Source of the DNA: Sedimenticola sp.
GTDB taxonomy: Bacteria; Pseudomonadota; Gammaproteobacteria; Chromatiales; Chromatiaceae
DNA length: 64,000 bases
Direction: 5' to 3'
Assembly (NCBI GenBank): GCA_040506895.1
Contig: JBEVVY010000001.1
Location: forward strand, 3,001,967 to 3,065,966
The position numbers were made by a program, and so were the translations under genes. Below, piece by piece: positions 54,893 through 63,456 of this stretch. Position 1 is the first letter of the stretch, and each line of letters opens with the position of its first letter. A model generated the notes under the pieces. That model was not told the origin of the DNA. It saw only the letters and a program-made list of their open reading frames with translations, and ran no database searches.

Positions 54893-56413
54893 GTGATCGA
54901 CGTGGCGTTATTAAGCGTAATCAGACGATGGCATTTCCGGGAAGGAATGCCGATCCGGGAGATAACCCGAAGAACAGGACTAAGTAGAAATACAGTCCGC
55001 AAGTATTTAGCCAGTGGCGTGGTGGAACCACGCTACCCCAACCGTAAAAGTCCCTCCAAACTGGATGACTATGAACTGACGCTGACCAGTTGGCTGTTTC
55101 GTGAGTCCAGACGACATCGCAAGCAGCGCAAGACGGTCAAGCAGCTACACAGTGACCTGGTGCAACTGGGTTATACCGGGTCCTATGACCGGGTAGCCGC
55201 CTTTGCCCGCAACTGGCGGGCTGAGCAGCAGGAAGCCAAGAAGACCGCCGCCAAGAACACCTTTGTGCCGTTATCCTTTGCACCAGGAGAGGCGTTTCAG
55301 TTCGACTGGAGCGAAGACTACGTTCAGCTCAATGGCGTCAACACCAAGCTGCTGGTTGCTCATTTCAAGCTCAGCCACAGCCGCGTGTTCTTCATGCGTG
55401 CTTACCTGATGCAAAGCCATGAGATGCTATTCGACGCTCACTATCATGCCTTTGTCACCTTCGGTGGCGTGCCGGAGCGTGGCATCTACGACAACATGAA
55501 GACGGCAGTGGATAAAGTCCGCAAAGGCAAACAGCGGGATGTAAACAAGCGTTTTACCGCCATGGTCAGCCATTATCTGTTCGAGGCCGAGTTCTGCAAC
55601 CCGGCAGCAGGCTGGGAGAAAGGCCAGGTCGAGAAGAATGTACTCGATGCCAGGAGACGCATCTGGCAGGGCGCACCCGCCTTCAAATCACTGGCAGGAC
55701 TGAACCTGTGGCTCAGGCAGCGCTGTCTTGATCTGTGGCAGGAGCTGCCGCACCCGGAAGACAAGCGTCGCACCATAGGCGATTACTGGCAGGCAGAGCG
55801 TGAACACTTGATGGAGGCGCCTGCAGCCTTCGATGGCTTTGTCGAGTACAACAAGCGGGTCAGCTCCACCTGTCTGATTACCTACGACAACAACCGCTAC
55901 AGTGTGCCGGCCAGCTTTGCCAACCGACCAGTTAGTCTACGCGTGTATGCCGACCGGCTGGTCATTGTGGCCGAAGCCCAGGTGGTAGCCGTTCATGAAC
56001 GCGTCTTTAGCCGTGATCATAGTTTCCCCGGGAAAACCATCTACGACTGGCGCCATTACCTGTCAGTCGTGCAGCGGAAGCCCGGTGCTTTACGCAATGG
56101 TGCGCCATTCCATGAGCTACCCGAGAGCTTTAAGCGGCTACAACGCAAGCTGCTCAAGCGTCCCAGCGGTGACCGGGAGATGGTCGACGTACTAGCGCTT
56201 GTGCTGCTGCATGATGAAGCGCTGGTCGAACGTGCGGTAGAAGAGGCGTTAAAGATCGACCGCCCCTCCAAGCAGCATGTCATCAACTGTCTGAGCAGGA
56301 TCACAGATAAGCCCAAGCCAGAACCTACTCAACCACCTGCTGCTCTGAAGCTGGTCACAGAGCCGACAGCAGATACCCACCGTTATGACAGACTCAGGAG
56401 GAAGCAGCAATGA
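54893..56413 (+). CDS. istA: IS21-family transposase IstA
   Basis: GTG start. N-terminal HTH ([19 protein letters not shown]) and DDE core (FQFDWSE...YDNMKTAV). 506 aa. Confidence 0.93.
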   Translation: MIDVALLSVIRRWHFREGMPIREITRRTGLSRNTVRKYLASGVVEPRYPNRKSPSKLDDYELTLTSWLFRESRRHRKQRKTVKQLHSDLVQLGYTGSYDRVAAFARNWRAEQQEAKKTAAKNTFVPLSFAPGEAFQFDWSEDYVQLNGVNTKLLVAHFKLSHSRVFFMRAYLMQSHEMLFDAHYHAFVTFGGVPERGIYDNMKTAVDKVRKGKQRDVNKRFTAMVSHYLFEAEFCNPAAGWEKGQVEKNVLDARRRIWQGAPAFKSLAGLNLWLRQRCLDLWQELPHPEDKRRTIGDYWQAEREHLMEAPAAFDGFVEYNKRVSSTCLITYDNNRYSVPASFANRPVSLRVYADRLVIVAEAQVVAVHERVFSRDHSFPGKTIYDWRHYLSVVQRKPGALRNGAPFHELPESFKRLQRKLLKRPSGDREMVDVLALVLLHDEALVERAVEEALKIDRPSKQHVINCLSRITDKPKPEPTQPPAALKLVTEPTADTHRYDRLRRKQQ

Positions 56414-57180
56414 CGGCAGATGCCATGGTTACCACCCTTAAATCCCTCAAGCTGTTCGGTATGGCCGATACGGTTGCCACCATGTCAAAACAGGCGGCAC
56501 CGATCTATCAACAGGCTGTTCCTATCCTGGAAACACTGCTCAAGGCCGAAGTGGCTGAACGCGAAGTGCGCTCAATAAACTACCAGATGAAAGCCGCCAG
56601 GTTCCCGGCCTATCGGGATCTGGCTGGCTTCGAGTTTAGGGAAAGCCAGGTAGATGAAGCCCTGATACGCGCTTTACACCGCTGTGAGTTCATTGAAGAT
56701 GCCCAGAATGTGGTCTTCGTAGGTGGCCCGGGCACGGGCAAAACCCATCTGGCTACGGCCATTGCGGTGCAGGCCATACAGCACCACCATCTGCGCGTAC
56801 GCTTCCTGCCCACCATCGAACTGGTTAATCAGCTGGAACAGGAAAAGCTCAACGGCAAACAGGGGCGTATCGCTAACCGCCTGATGCATACTGACCTGGT
56901 GATACTCGACGAACTGGGTTACCTGCCGTTCAGTCAATCCGGTGGAGCATTGCTGTTCCACCTGATCGGCAAGCTCTATGAAAAGACCAGCATCATTATC
57001 ACAACCAACCTGAGCTTCTCAGAGTGGTCATCTGTCTTTGGTGATCCCAAGCTGACAACAGCACTGCTGGACCGGCTAACCCATCACTGCCATATCATTG
57101 AAACCGGCAATGACAGTTACCGCTTCAGGCACTCAACTTCACAACAACAGGAGGATAGAAAAACTGGAAAAAGGAAGTGA
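56410..57180 (+). CDS. istB: IS21-family helper ATPase IstB
   Basis: ATGA overlap with istA. Walker [10 protein letters not shown], Walker [10 protein letters not shown]. 256 aa. Confidence 0.93.
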   Translation: MTADAMVTTLKSLKLFGMADTVATMSKQAAPIYQQAVPILETLLKAEVAEREVRSINYQMKAARFPAYRDLAGFEFRESQVDEALIRALHRCEFIEDAQNVVFVGGPGTGKTHLATAIAVQAIQHHHLRVRFLPTIELVNQLEQEKLNGKQGRIANRLMHTDLVILDELGYLPFSQSGGALLFHLIGKLYEKTSIIITTNLSFSEWSSVFGDPKLTTALLDRLTHHCHIIETGNDSYRFRHSTSQQQEDRKTGKRK

Positions 57181-57208
57181 ACTCAGGCCATAATCCGGCT
57201 ATCTGGGC

Positions 57209-57258
57209 GGGTCAAAATTAGATGCAAAACCTGGGTCAGTATTAAACGCAAATCAACA
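57209..57258. repeat. IS21 right terminal repeats (R2 57209-57228, R1 57232-57258)
   Basis: The reverse complement matches the left-end repeats L2 and L1. Confidence 0.85.
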
Positions 57259-57830
57259 TATAAGTCGGCTAATCACCAATAAATAGATGTGAATAGTGAT
57301 TATAGCAGAGCATTTTCTATAAACATTACCAGGTAATGAAAATGGCTTTCGTGGCATTGTTTCTCCATTCGCTGTGTTTTTATCCAAGGTAGAATGCAAA
57401 TTTGTTACCAAAAATGTTTTTTTAGTGGATGTTGATCTCTGTAACTAATTGAAATTAATAGATATTATTAGTGGCATAAATTCGGAATCAAAGAGAGATT
57501 TTACGTGTATTTTTTAAGTGATCAATTATCGTGTGGCTGAGATGGTATGGCGTAATAAGTTGATTGGTAAGGAAATTATTGTGATTCTTGGTTTTAGAAA
57601 TAGAAGAGATCTAGGGTCGGAATCAAAAAGGTAATGCCACACCACAAATTGACCAGATCAAATAAGCCAATAATCATTAATGGTTAATGAAAAATAAAAA
57701 GTGCTTGAATGGGGGCTCAGATTCTAGACTCATTGTGGTTGTGTATAGGGAGCAATAGTGTTGAGTAACAATTGATGCAAATTTCTAGACAAGCAAAGAT
57801 TTGTTTTTTACCATTAGATGGTAATGATAA
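57259..57830. other. ORF-free, strongly AT-rich, repeat-laden non-coding stretch
   Basis: No ORF of 60 aa or more in any frame between 57181 and 57830. Roughly one-third G+C by eye, against a much more GC-rich core. Short repeats are listed in the findings. Confidence 0.8.
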
Positions 57831-58493
57831 TTGTCGCTATTGGTAATTTTATTGAGGACTACTGCAAATTTGCATGATTCCAAGAAAAAGAGTGGCAGGC
57901 CTGGTCGAAAGATTACTCAAAGTAATTTCCATGAGGTGCTGCAAGACTATGGAGACAGCAACTCTTGGCCAGATGACTTAGTCGCCCTGCGGAGTAAGGC
58001 GCCTGGTCTGAGTGAATGTGATTTCTTTGTGGAAAAGGCCTTACACAAAGCCCAGGAGCACCTTATTGAGCTTCAGAAGGGTGTTGGAAACAGGGAGGGT
58101 GGAATAGTCGCCGTTAACATATGGATGCATGAAGACGCACTGGAAAGGGCTGAGGCATCTGTCACTAAATGGAAAAAGGTTAAACGCCAGTCTCTTCCAG
58201 CAGAGTTGGTTACAGAATTACAGCGCTGGATTTGGGAAAATGTATCTAAAGATGAGTGGGAACGCTATCGCAACAAGAAAAGGGTTCGAAAGGCTAAGCA
58301 GAAAGCGCGTTTGACCCAGATAAGCGTCGACTATGAAACAGCGAAAAAGCTTCGAGCGGTTAAGGGTGAACTTGACTGTGATAACTGGAGCGAACTCATG
58401 GCTCAGTTGATGTCATTCGCATTGACCGGGATTAAGTCGCATCGTTCTTTGGATATAGAGATTCGAGCGAAGTTGGAGTCTGTTCTGGAGTGA
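57831..58493 (+). CDS. Orphan hypothetical protein (up to 220 aa) with GRPGRK AT-hook-like motif and RHH-like C-terminal region; start uncertain
   Basis: ORF track 57831..58493 (TTG start). The first in-frame ATG is far downstream (MHEDALERA). Lys/Glu-rich. C-terminal LTQISVDYETAKKLRAVKGELDCDNWSELMAQLMSF looks strand-helix-helix. Low GC. Confidence 0.5.
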   Translation: MSLLVILLRTTANLHDSKKKSGRPGRKITQSNFHEVLQDYGDSNSWPDDLVALRSKAPGLSECDFFVEKALHKAQEHLIELQKGVGNREGGIVAVNIWMHEDALERAEASVTKWKKVKRQSLPAELVTELQRWIWENVSKDEWERYRNKKRVRKAKQKARLTQISVDYETAKKLRAVKGELDCDNWSELMAQLMSFALTGIKSHRSLDIEIRAKLESVLE

Positions 58494-58714
58494 GGCGCAA
58501 AAAGTTTGATTTACTTGCTAAATCAACGGGGTTTTTCTAGTAGATCAAATAATTGCCTTGGGTTGTTTGAAATAAAGGGTGGTCTATTAGGTGTCTAAGG
58601 CTTGTAATTCGCTGTATTAAAAGGGGAATAAGCGACTTTGTTGCTGGGCTCACAGGGTGTGTGTTGAATTATTGTATCCTTAACCGTTCTAGTCATTATC
58701 CTGGCCCGAAATCT

Positions 58715-58755
58715 GAAACCCCTGTGAGTGTTCTGCTCCAGGGGTTTTTTGTTTT
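58715..58755 (+). terminator. Orphan rho-independent terminator
   Basis: aacccctg (58717-58724) pairs with caggggtt (58739-58746), followed by TTTTTTgTTTT. It lies ~220 nt beyond the nearest upstream stop codon. Confidence 0.7.
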
Positions 58756-58834
58756 GAGCGGGATCCCGGTTTCTCTTGGCACAGGCTGGAGTGTCTATAA
58801 TCCATATTAAACAGTATGAAATTGAGCTCTCTCC

Positions 58835-60343
58835 ATGCATCGAGTCATCACTTTCAAGGCGCTGCTTCGACTGCTGCGGCCTGATTTCAGTCTTTTCATG
58901 GTACTGCTGTTCACTGTCAGTGGCGGTGCGGCGGGCTATTTCTGGGGGCAGCATACGGCGCAGAACCGGGCTCTCGTCGATCTGAGTCTGCAAGCCGAGT
59001 CCCATCATCAGCAGTTGACCTCGCTGTTCAGTCGTTACGAGTTCATGCCTGATCTCGCCCAGATGTGCCGCTGTGTAAAGGGGGTGTTAGCAAATCCTGA
59101 ACAAGCGGATCGTGTTGCAGAGGCGAACCGGTGGTTGGAGACCGTCGCCAGCAGGATCAAGGCAGAGGCGGTCTATATCATGGACCCCGCGGGCAACACC
59201 CTGGCTGCCAGCAACTGGAACACCAAGGGTTCTTTCGTCGGCAAGAATTACGCTATCCGGCCCTATTTCCAGGAGGCGATGAAGGGCAGGCTGGGTCGCT
59301 ATGTGGCGCTCGGTATCACCTCCCGCAAACTGGGCTACTACCTGGCAAAGCCGGTGATGAATGATGAGGGGGGCGTCGGTGCTATCGTGGTGAAGGTAGG
59401 GCTTGACCTGTCGCGCCAGTGGCTTCAGAACGAGGCCAGGCGGACCGGGGTCGACGCGGTGGTGCTGGATGAAGACGATGTCGCTTTCCTGGCCTCGGAT
59501 CCGGACTGGGAGTTTCGTCCCGTGAGGCCCTTGTCAGAAGGAGAAAAGGAGCAGATACGCAAGGCGCGGCGCTATGAAGGAAGCGGTCTCGAGTCTCTCG
59601 ATTTGCGCCATCTTGAGCAGCTGGATGCACAGAACAGGCTGGTCTTTATGGGCCGACAGGATCCGGTGAGTGTGGTTGCCCATCGAATTCCCCTGGTGGA
59701 TACGGAGTGGACATTGGAAGCCTACATGCCGTTGAGTTTCTACCGTAACGAGGTGTATGGCTACACCGCTTTCGGTGCCGTTTCCGGGCTCACCCTGGCA
59801 CTGTTGCTGTTGATCGTTCTGGTCCGGGAGGAGTACCGCAAGCAGCTCCTGGCCTCGGCAGTGCGTGATCCGCTTACCGGGCTCTATTCACGTCTCTATA
59901 TGAACGAGATCATCCCTTCGCTCATCGAGAGGCATAAACGTGACCCCGATAAGCCCCTTACAGCGATACTCTTCGACCTGGATCATTTCAAGCGGGTCAA
60001 TGATGAGCATGGCCACCTGGCCGGCGACAAGGTGCTGCGGGCAGTGGGCAATGCCGTGCTGGGACAGATGCGGACCGGTGACGTGGCGGTTCGCTATGGG
60101 GGCGAGGAGTTGGTTGTCTTCGCCCCGGATTGCAGTCTCGATGATGCCAGGAAGCTGGCAGAGCGCATCAGGAGCAGCGTGGCCCGGTTGCGGGTGCCGG
60201 CGAACAGGCACCGTATCTCTGTCACGCTGAGTGCGGGGGTGGCCAGCCGTCAGCCTGATGAGTCCCAGGATGAGCTGTTGAAGCGGGTTGACGATAAGCT
60301 CTACCAGGCCAAAAAAGAGGGGCGGGACAGGGTGTGCAGCTAA
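58835..60343 (+). CDS. Membrane-bound diguanylate cyclase with periplasmic Cache-like sensor domain
   Basis: N-terminal TM. Sensor block (VYIMDPAGNTLAASNW...IRPYFQEAM...YYLAKPV). Second TM. GGDEF domain with RYGGEEL active site and RxxD-like I-site context. Confidence 0.9.
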   Translation: MHRVITFKALLRLLRPDFSLFMVLLFTVSGGAAGYFWGQHTAQNRALVDLSLQAESHHQQLTSLFSRYEFMPDLAQMCRCVKGVLANPEQADRVAEANRWLETVASRIKAEAVYIMDPAGNTLAASNWNTKGSFVGKNYAIRPYFQEAMKGRLGRYVALGITSRKLGYYLAKPVMNDEGGVGAIVVKVGLDLSRQWLQNEARRTGVDAVVLDEDDVAFLASDPDWEFRPVRPLSEGEKEQIRKARRYEGSGLESLDLRHLEQLDAQNRLVFMGRQDPVSVVAHRIPLVDTEWTLEAYMPLSFYRNEVYGYTAFGAVSGLTLALLLLIVLVREEYRKQLLASAVRDPLTGLYSRLYMNEIIPSLIERHKRDPDKPLTAILFDLDHFKRVNDEHGHLAGDKVLRAVGNAVLGQMRTGDVAVRYGGEELVVFAPDCSLDDARKLAERIRSSVARLRVPANRHRISVTLSAGVASRQPDESQDELLKRVDDKLYQAKKEGRDRVCS

Positions 60344-60393
60344 GTTCTTACCGGTGTTGGCGTTTGGTTTTTTTGAGCAGGCGGGGAGTTGAT

Positions 60394-60421
60394 GAAACTC
60401 TTCGGTCCTTTCGGTTTCCAA
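60394..60421 (+). promoter_or_regulatory. Possible sigma-E (RpoE)-type promoter upstream of the DegP/DegQ gene
   Basis: GAAACT (60394-60399), a 17-nt spacer, then TCCAA (60417-60421), compared with the consensus GGAACTT-N16/17-TCNAA. degP-family genes are classic sigma-E targets. Confidence 0.3.
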
Positions 60422-60458
60422 TAGAAAACAGCCAACCGCTTACAAACCTTTTAAGTAG

Positions 60459-61832
60459 ATGAATAGACTAAAGCGAACCTTTCTCTTCATATTGCTGATC
60501 TCCCTGGTCCCCCTCTCATCACTCTCCTTTGCGGCGCTGCCGGCATCGGTCAACGGTGTTCCGGTTCCCAGCCTGGCACCCATGCTGGAGCGGGTCACGC
60601 CGGCGGTGGTCAATATCTCCACCGTGACCCACATACGCCGGGAGGAGAGCCCGCTGTTCAGCGATCCCTTCTTTCGGCGTTTTTTCGATCTGCCCTCGAT
60701 CCAGAAGCGGAAGAAAAAGAGGAGCCAGAGTCTCGGCTCGGGGGTGATCATCGATGCCGCCAAGGGCTACGTCCTCACCAACAGCCATGTTATCGACAAG
60801 GCCCACGAGATCCGCGTGACCACCCATGATGGCAGGCGCCTGGAGGCTCGGCTGATCGGCGCGGACCCGGAAACCGACGTCGCGGTGCTGCAGATCGGGG
60901 GTGAGGGCCTCACCGCCCTGGCGCTGGCGGACTCCGACCGCCTGAGGGTAGGGGATTTCGTGGTGGCCATCGGCAACCCATTCGGTCTCAGCCAGACCGT
61001 CACCTCGGGTATTGTCAGCGCCCTGGGGCGCAGTGGCCTGGGTATCGAGGGGTATGAGAATTTCATCCAGACCGACGCCTCCATCAATCCGGGCAACTCA
61101 GGCGGGCCCCTGGTCAACCTGGAGGGTGAGCTGGTGGGTATCAATACCGCTATCCTGGCCCCCGGGGGCGGTAATGTCGGTATCGGTTTCGCCATTCCAG
61201 CCAACATGGTCAGTGCCATCATGCAGCAGCTGGTGGCCCATGGAGAGGTCCGACGCGGCGCTTTCGGTATCACCATGCAGGAGCTCGACTACGACCTGAG
61301 GCAGGCCCTTGGTATCGAGCGGGGTGAGGGGGCCGTGGTGGTCGAGGTGCTCAGTGAGTCGGCGGCGGAGAAGGCGGGTGTCCGGGTGGGGGATCTGATC
61401 ACCACCCTGAACGGGAAGGCGGTCAGGAGTGCCGCGTCCCTGCGTGTCCGGTTGGCCCTGTTGCAGATCGGGGAGAAGATCGCCCTGGATATCATCCGGG
61501 AGGGTCGTGGCCTGACACTGCATGCACAGATCCAGGACCCCTTTGCCCGGTATACGGAAGGCGGTGCCTTTGCCGGACAGCTCAAGGGAGCCCTGCTGCG
61601 GGAGGTGATGGACGAATCCCAGTACGGAAAGTTTCCGGCGATTCGGGTCGGCAAGGTGGAGGAGGGTAGTCCTGCCTGGCGCGCCGGCCTTCGTCCGGAT
61701 GACGTGATCATCGAGATCAACCGCACAAGATCCACCCAATTTGCTGATTTACAAGGTGTTGCGGACCAGGGTATCCACCAGCTCAAGCTGCGCAGGGGGG
61801 GGAGCATAATCTCCCTGGTCTCCCGACAGTAA
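60459..61832 (+). CDS. Periplasmic serine endoprotease DegP/DegQ (HtrA family, two PDZ domains)
   Basis: Signal peptide. Catalytic His/Asp/Ser context (TNSHVI, DVAVLQI, GNSGGPLVN). Two PDZ-like C-terminal repeats. Confidence 0.93.
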   Translation: MNRLKRTFLFILLISLVPLSSLSFAALPASVNGVPVPSLAPMLERVTPAVVNISTVTHIRREESPLFSDPFFRRFFDLPSIQKRKKKRSQSLGSGVIIDAAKGYVLTNSHVIDKAHEIRVTTHDGRRLEARLIGADPETDVAVLQIGGEGLTALALADSDRLRVGDFVVAIGNPFGLSQTVTSGIVSALGRSGLGIEGYENFIQTDASINPGNSGGPLVNLEGELVGINTAILAPGGGNVGIGFAIPANMVSAIMQQLVAHGEVRRGAFGITMQELDYDLRQALGIERGEGAVVVEVLSESAAEKAGVRVGDLITTLNGKAVRSAASLRVRLALLQIGEKIALDIIREGRGLTLHAQIQDPFARYTEGGAFAGQLKGALLREVMDESQYGKFPAIRVGKVEEGSPAWRAGLRPDDVIIEINRTRSTQFADLQGVADQGIHQLKLRRGGSIISLVSRQ

Positions 61833-61929
61833 CGCCTGGGGCAGTGCTTCACGTTGGGACTATACTTATTGAGGAGGCGGCTGATCTTGGCCGGTTCCCG
61901 GCGTGTGCCGCCAGACCAGGAGTAGGGTG

Positions 61930-62484
61930 ATGGTGACCGTTCGGCAGACTATCCATATCGATGCCCCGCTTGAAGGGGTGTTCAGGCTCATATCAGATCC
62001 CTCGGCCAAATCAGAGCTCAACCCGCTGGTCAGCCCCATAAGGATCGAGCTGGAAGATGGTGGACCTCTCCATCAGGGCAGTCACTGCCACTACCGCTTA
62101 CAATCCGGTAATTCAATAGTGGACTACTTCGCCGACATCGTCCGGTTCGAGAAGAATCACCTGATCGAGTCGAGAGTGGATACCGATCCGCCCGTGCGGG
62201 TTGTGGAAGAGCTGGTCCCGGAAGCTGGTGGGACCCGGCTGACCCAGACCGAGAGCTTCGAGGTGGATGATGCGATACTGGACAGCTTTTCCCCACCAGG
62301 TTTAAGGAGCCGGATACTCGGCTTGGCGTACGTGCTGGCTGTCTGGTTCGATGCCGATGTGGCAAAGATGTACCGTGAAAAGAGAGAGCGTCTCCTGCAG
62401 GATAAACTGTCGGTGGACCTGGGGCTTTGGCTCTCCAATATCAAGCGTTTTTCCGAACTGGACCAGGGTATCGGAACGCCGTGA
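61930..62484 (+). CDS. SRPBCC-superfamily (polyketide cyclase/START-like) protein
   Basis: MVTVRQTIHIDAPLEGVFRLISDPSAKSELNPLV is a typical SRPBCC N-terminus. The ATG at 61930 follows AGGAGTAGGG. The ORF-track start at 61903 is a GTG extension. Confidence 0.7.
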   Translation: MVTVRQTIHIDAPLEGVFRLISDPSAKSELNPLVSPIRIELEDGGPLHQGSHCHYRLQSGNSIVDYFADIVRFEKNHLIESRVDTDPPVRVVEELVPEAGGTRLTQTESFEVDDAILDSFSPPGLRSRILGLAYVLAVWFDADVAKMYREKRERLLQDKLSVDLGLWLSNIKRFSELDQGIGTP

Positions 62485-62522
62485 CAGGATAACCTAACCA
62501 AAGCAGTAGAGCGGGTTAAACA

Positions 62523-62807
62523 ATGTCGTACCAGAAGAAACTTGAGGAGATGGTGGGTGAACATGTTGCCCGCTTCCAGGATGAGCTTTCGTCTGCCAAG
62601 GCGCTGGAGGGCTGCACGGATGCACCCCCCATGCCGTACGGCTACCCGCTCTCGGTCTACCGTCCCCTGCATGTCTGCCAGGTCCCCCAGGTAAGGAGAT
62701 TCGTCGCCCAAACCGGGGGTGTGCTCAGTAACGGTGTTCCGAAGGTTCTGCGCCATGAAATCGTGGATGGCAATCTCCTGGGAGTATACAACCGCCGGAA
62801 ACAGTGA
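62523..62807 (+). CDS. Hypothetical 94-aa protein
   Basis: ORF track. GC3-rich codon usage consistent with coding. No recognisable family. Confidence 0.45.
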   Translation: MSYQKKLEEMVGEHVARFQDELSSAKALEGCTDAPPMPYGYPLSVYRPLHVCQVPQVRRFVAQTGGVLSNGVPKVLRHEIVDGNLLGVYNRRKQ

Positions 62808-62877
62808 CCCGCGGTGGGGTTCGAATAGGGGTAAACCGTAATAGATGGATTGTCGGAGGCTCTGCTAGGGTCTTTGC

Positions 62878-63456
62878 ATGGACTCCCTGTTGCGCACAAA
62901 ACTTGGGCGGCATAAGGCGAGGCAGCGAATCGAACGCTACCTCGACCGCATCTATGGCTATGCCTGTAGCCTGATCAATGACCGCGACAGGGCCAGGGAC
63001 CTGGTTCAGATCTGTGCGGTCAAGGCACTCTCTGCAAAAAAGGTTCCCGTTGATGAGCCAGCCTACAGGGCGTGGCTGTTCAAAATCGTGCGCAACGCCT
63101 ATCACGATGAAATCCGTAAAGAGAAGGGAGATACGGTCAGTCTCGATCACCACGATGAGGATGCCGACATCTTATGGAATAAAATCGGCGGATCCCACGT
63201 TTCTACCAATGAGCAGGTGATTATCGATAAAATGACGGTCAGGACGGCTCTCAGGCAGCTAAATCGTGACCATCGTGAGATACTGGTTCTGGTGGATATG
63301 GCCGGTTTCTCCTACCGTGAGGCCGCAGAACTGCTCGAAGTTCCGGTGGGAACGATCATGAGCAGGGTCAGCCGTGCCAGGGGTATGCTATTCCAGGAGC
63401 TGAACAGGGATCATCAGGCTTCAGACAGGTTGAAAGTAGTAAGGCTTGAGAAATGA
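62878..63456 (+). CDS. ECF-type RNA polymerase sigma-70 factor
   Basis: Region 2 (DRARDLVQICAVKAL...AWLFKIVRNAYHDEIRKEK) and region 4 HTH (REILVLVDMAGFSYREAAELLEVPVGTIMSRVSRAR). Confidence 0.9.
   Translation: MDSLLRTKLGRHKARQRIERYLDRIYGYACSLINDRDRARDLVQICAVKALSAKKVPVDEPAYRAWLFKIVRNAYHDEIRKEKGDTVSLDHHDEDADILWNKIGGSHVSTNEQVIIDKMTVRTALRQLNRDHREILVLVDMAGFSYREAAELLEVPVGTIMSRVSRARGMLFQELNRDHQASDRLKVVRLEK

Larger units (their letters stand above)
54788..57258 (+). mobile_element. IS21-family insertion sequence, complete (2,471 bp)
   Basis: Ends 5'-TGTTGA...TCAACA-3'. IRL tgttgaattgcacccaaaactgaccca pairs with IRR (reverse complement) tgttgatttgcgtttaatactgaccca. An internal second repeat tttgcatc[g/t]aattttgaccc occurs at both ends. 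Contains overlapping istA/istB. Confidence 0.93.

Noticed and set aside
57342-57392. 16-codon hydrophobic mini-ORF (MAFVALFLHSLCFYPR) in the AT-rich region as a possible type I toxin
   Set aside because: There is no convincing ribosome-binding site, no antisense RNA signature that I can see, and the length is within chance expectation.
58662-58670. TGTTGAATT, identical to the first 9 nt of the IS21 left end, ~1.4 kb to the right of the IS
   Set aside because: The match does not extend beyond 9 nt, and the TGACCCA and TTTGCATC boxes are absent. It is most likely chance in AT-rich DNA rather than a solo IS end.
58777-58801. TGGCAC upstream of the GGDEF gene as a sigma-54 -24 element; also TTGGCA/TATAAT as a sigma-70 promoter
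   Set aside because: No GC/TTGC -12 element lies at the required spacing for sigma-54. The TTGGCA-to-TATAAT spacer is only 14 nt, so neither promoter call is reliable.
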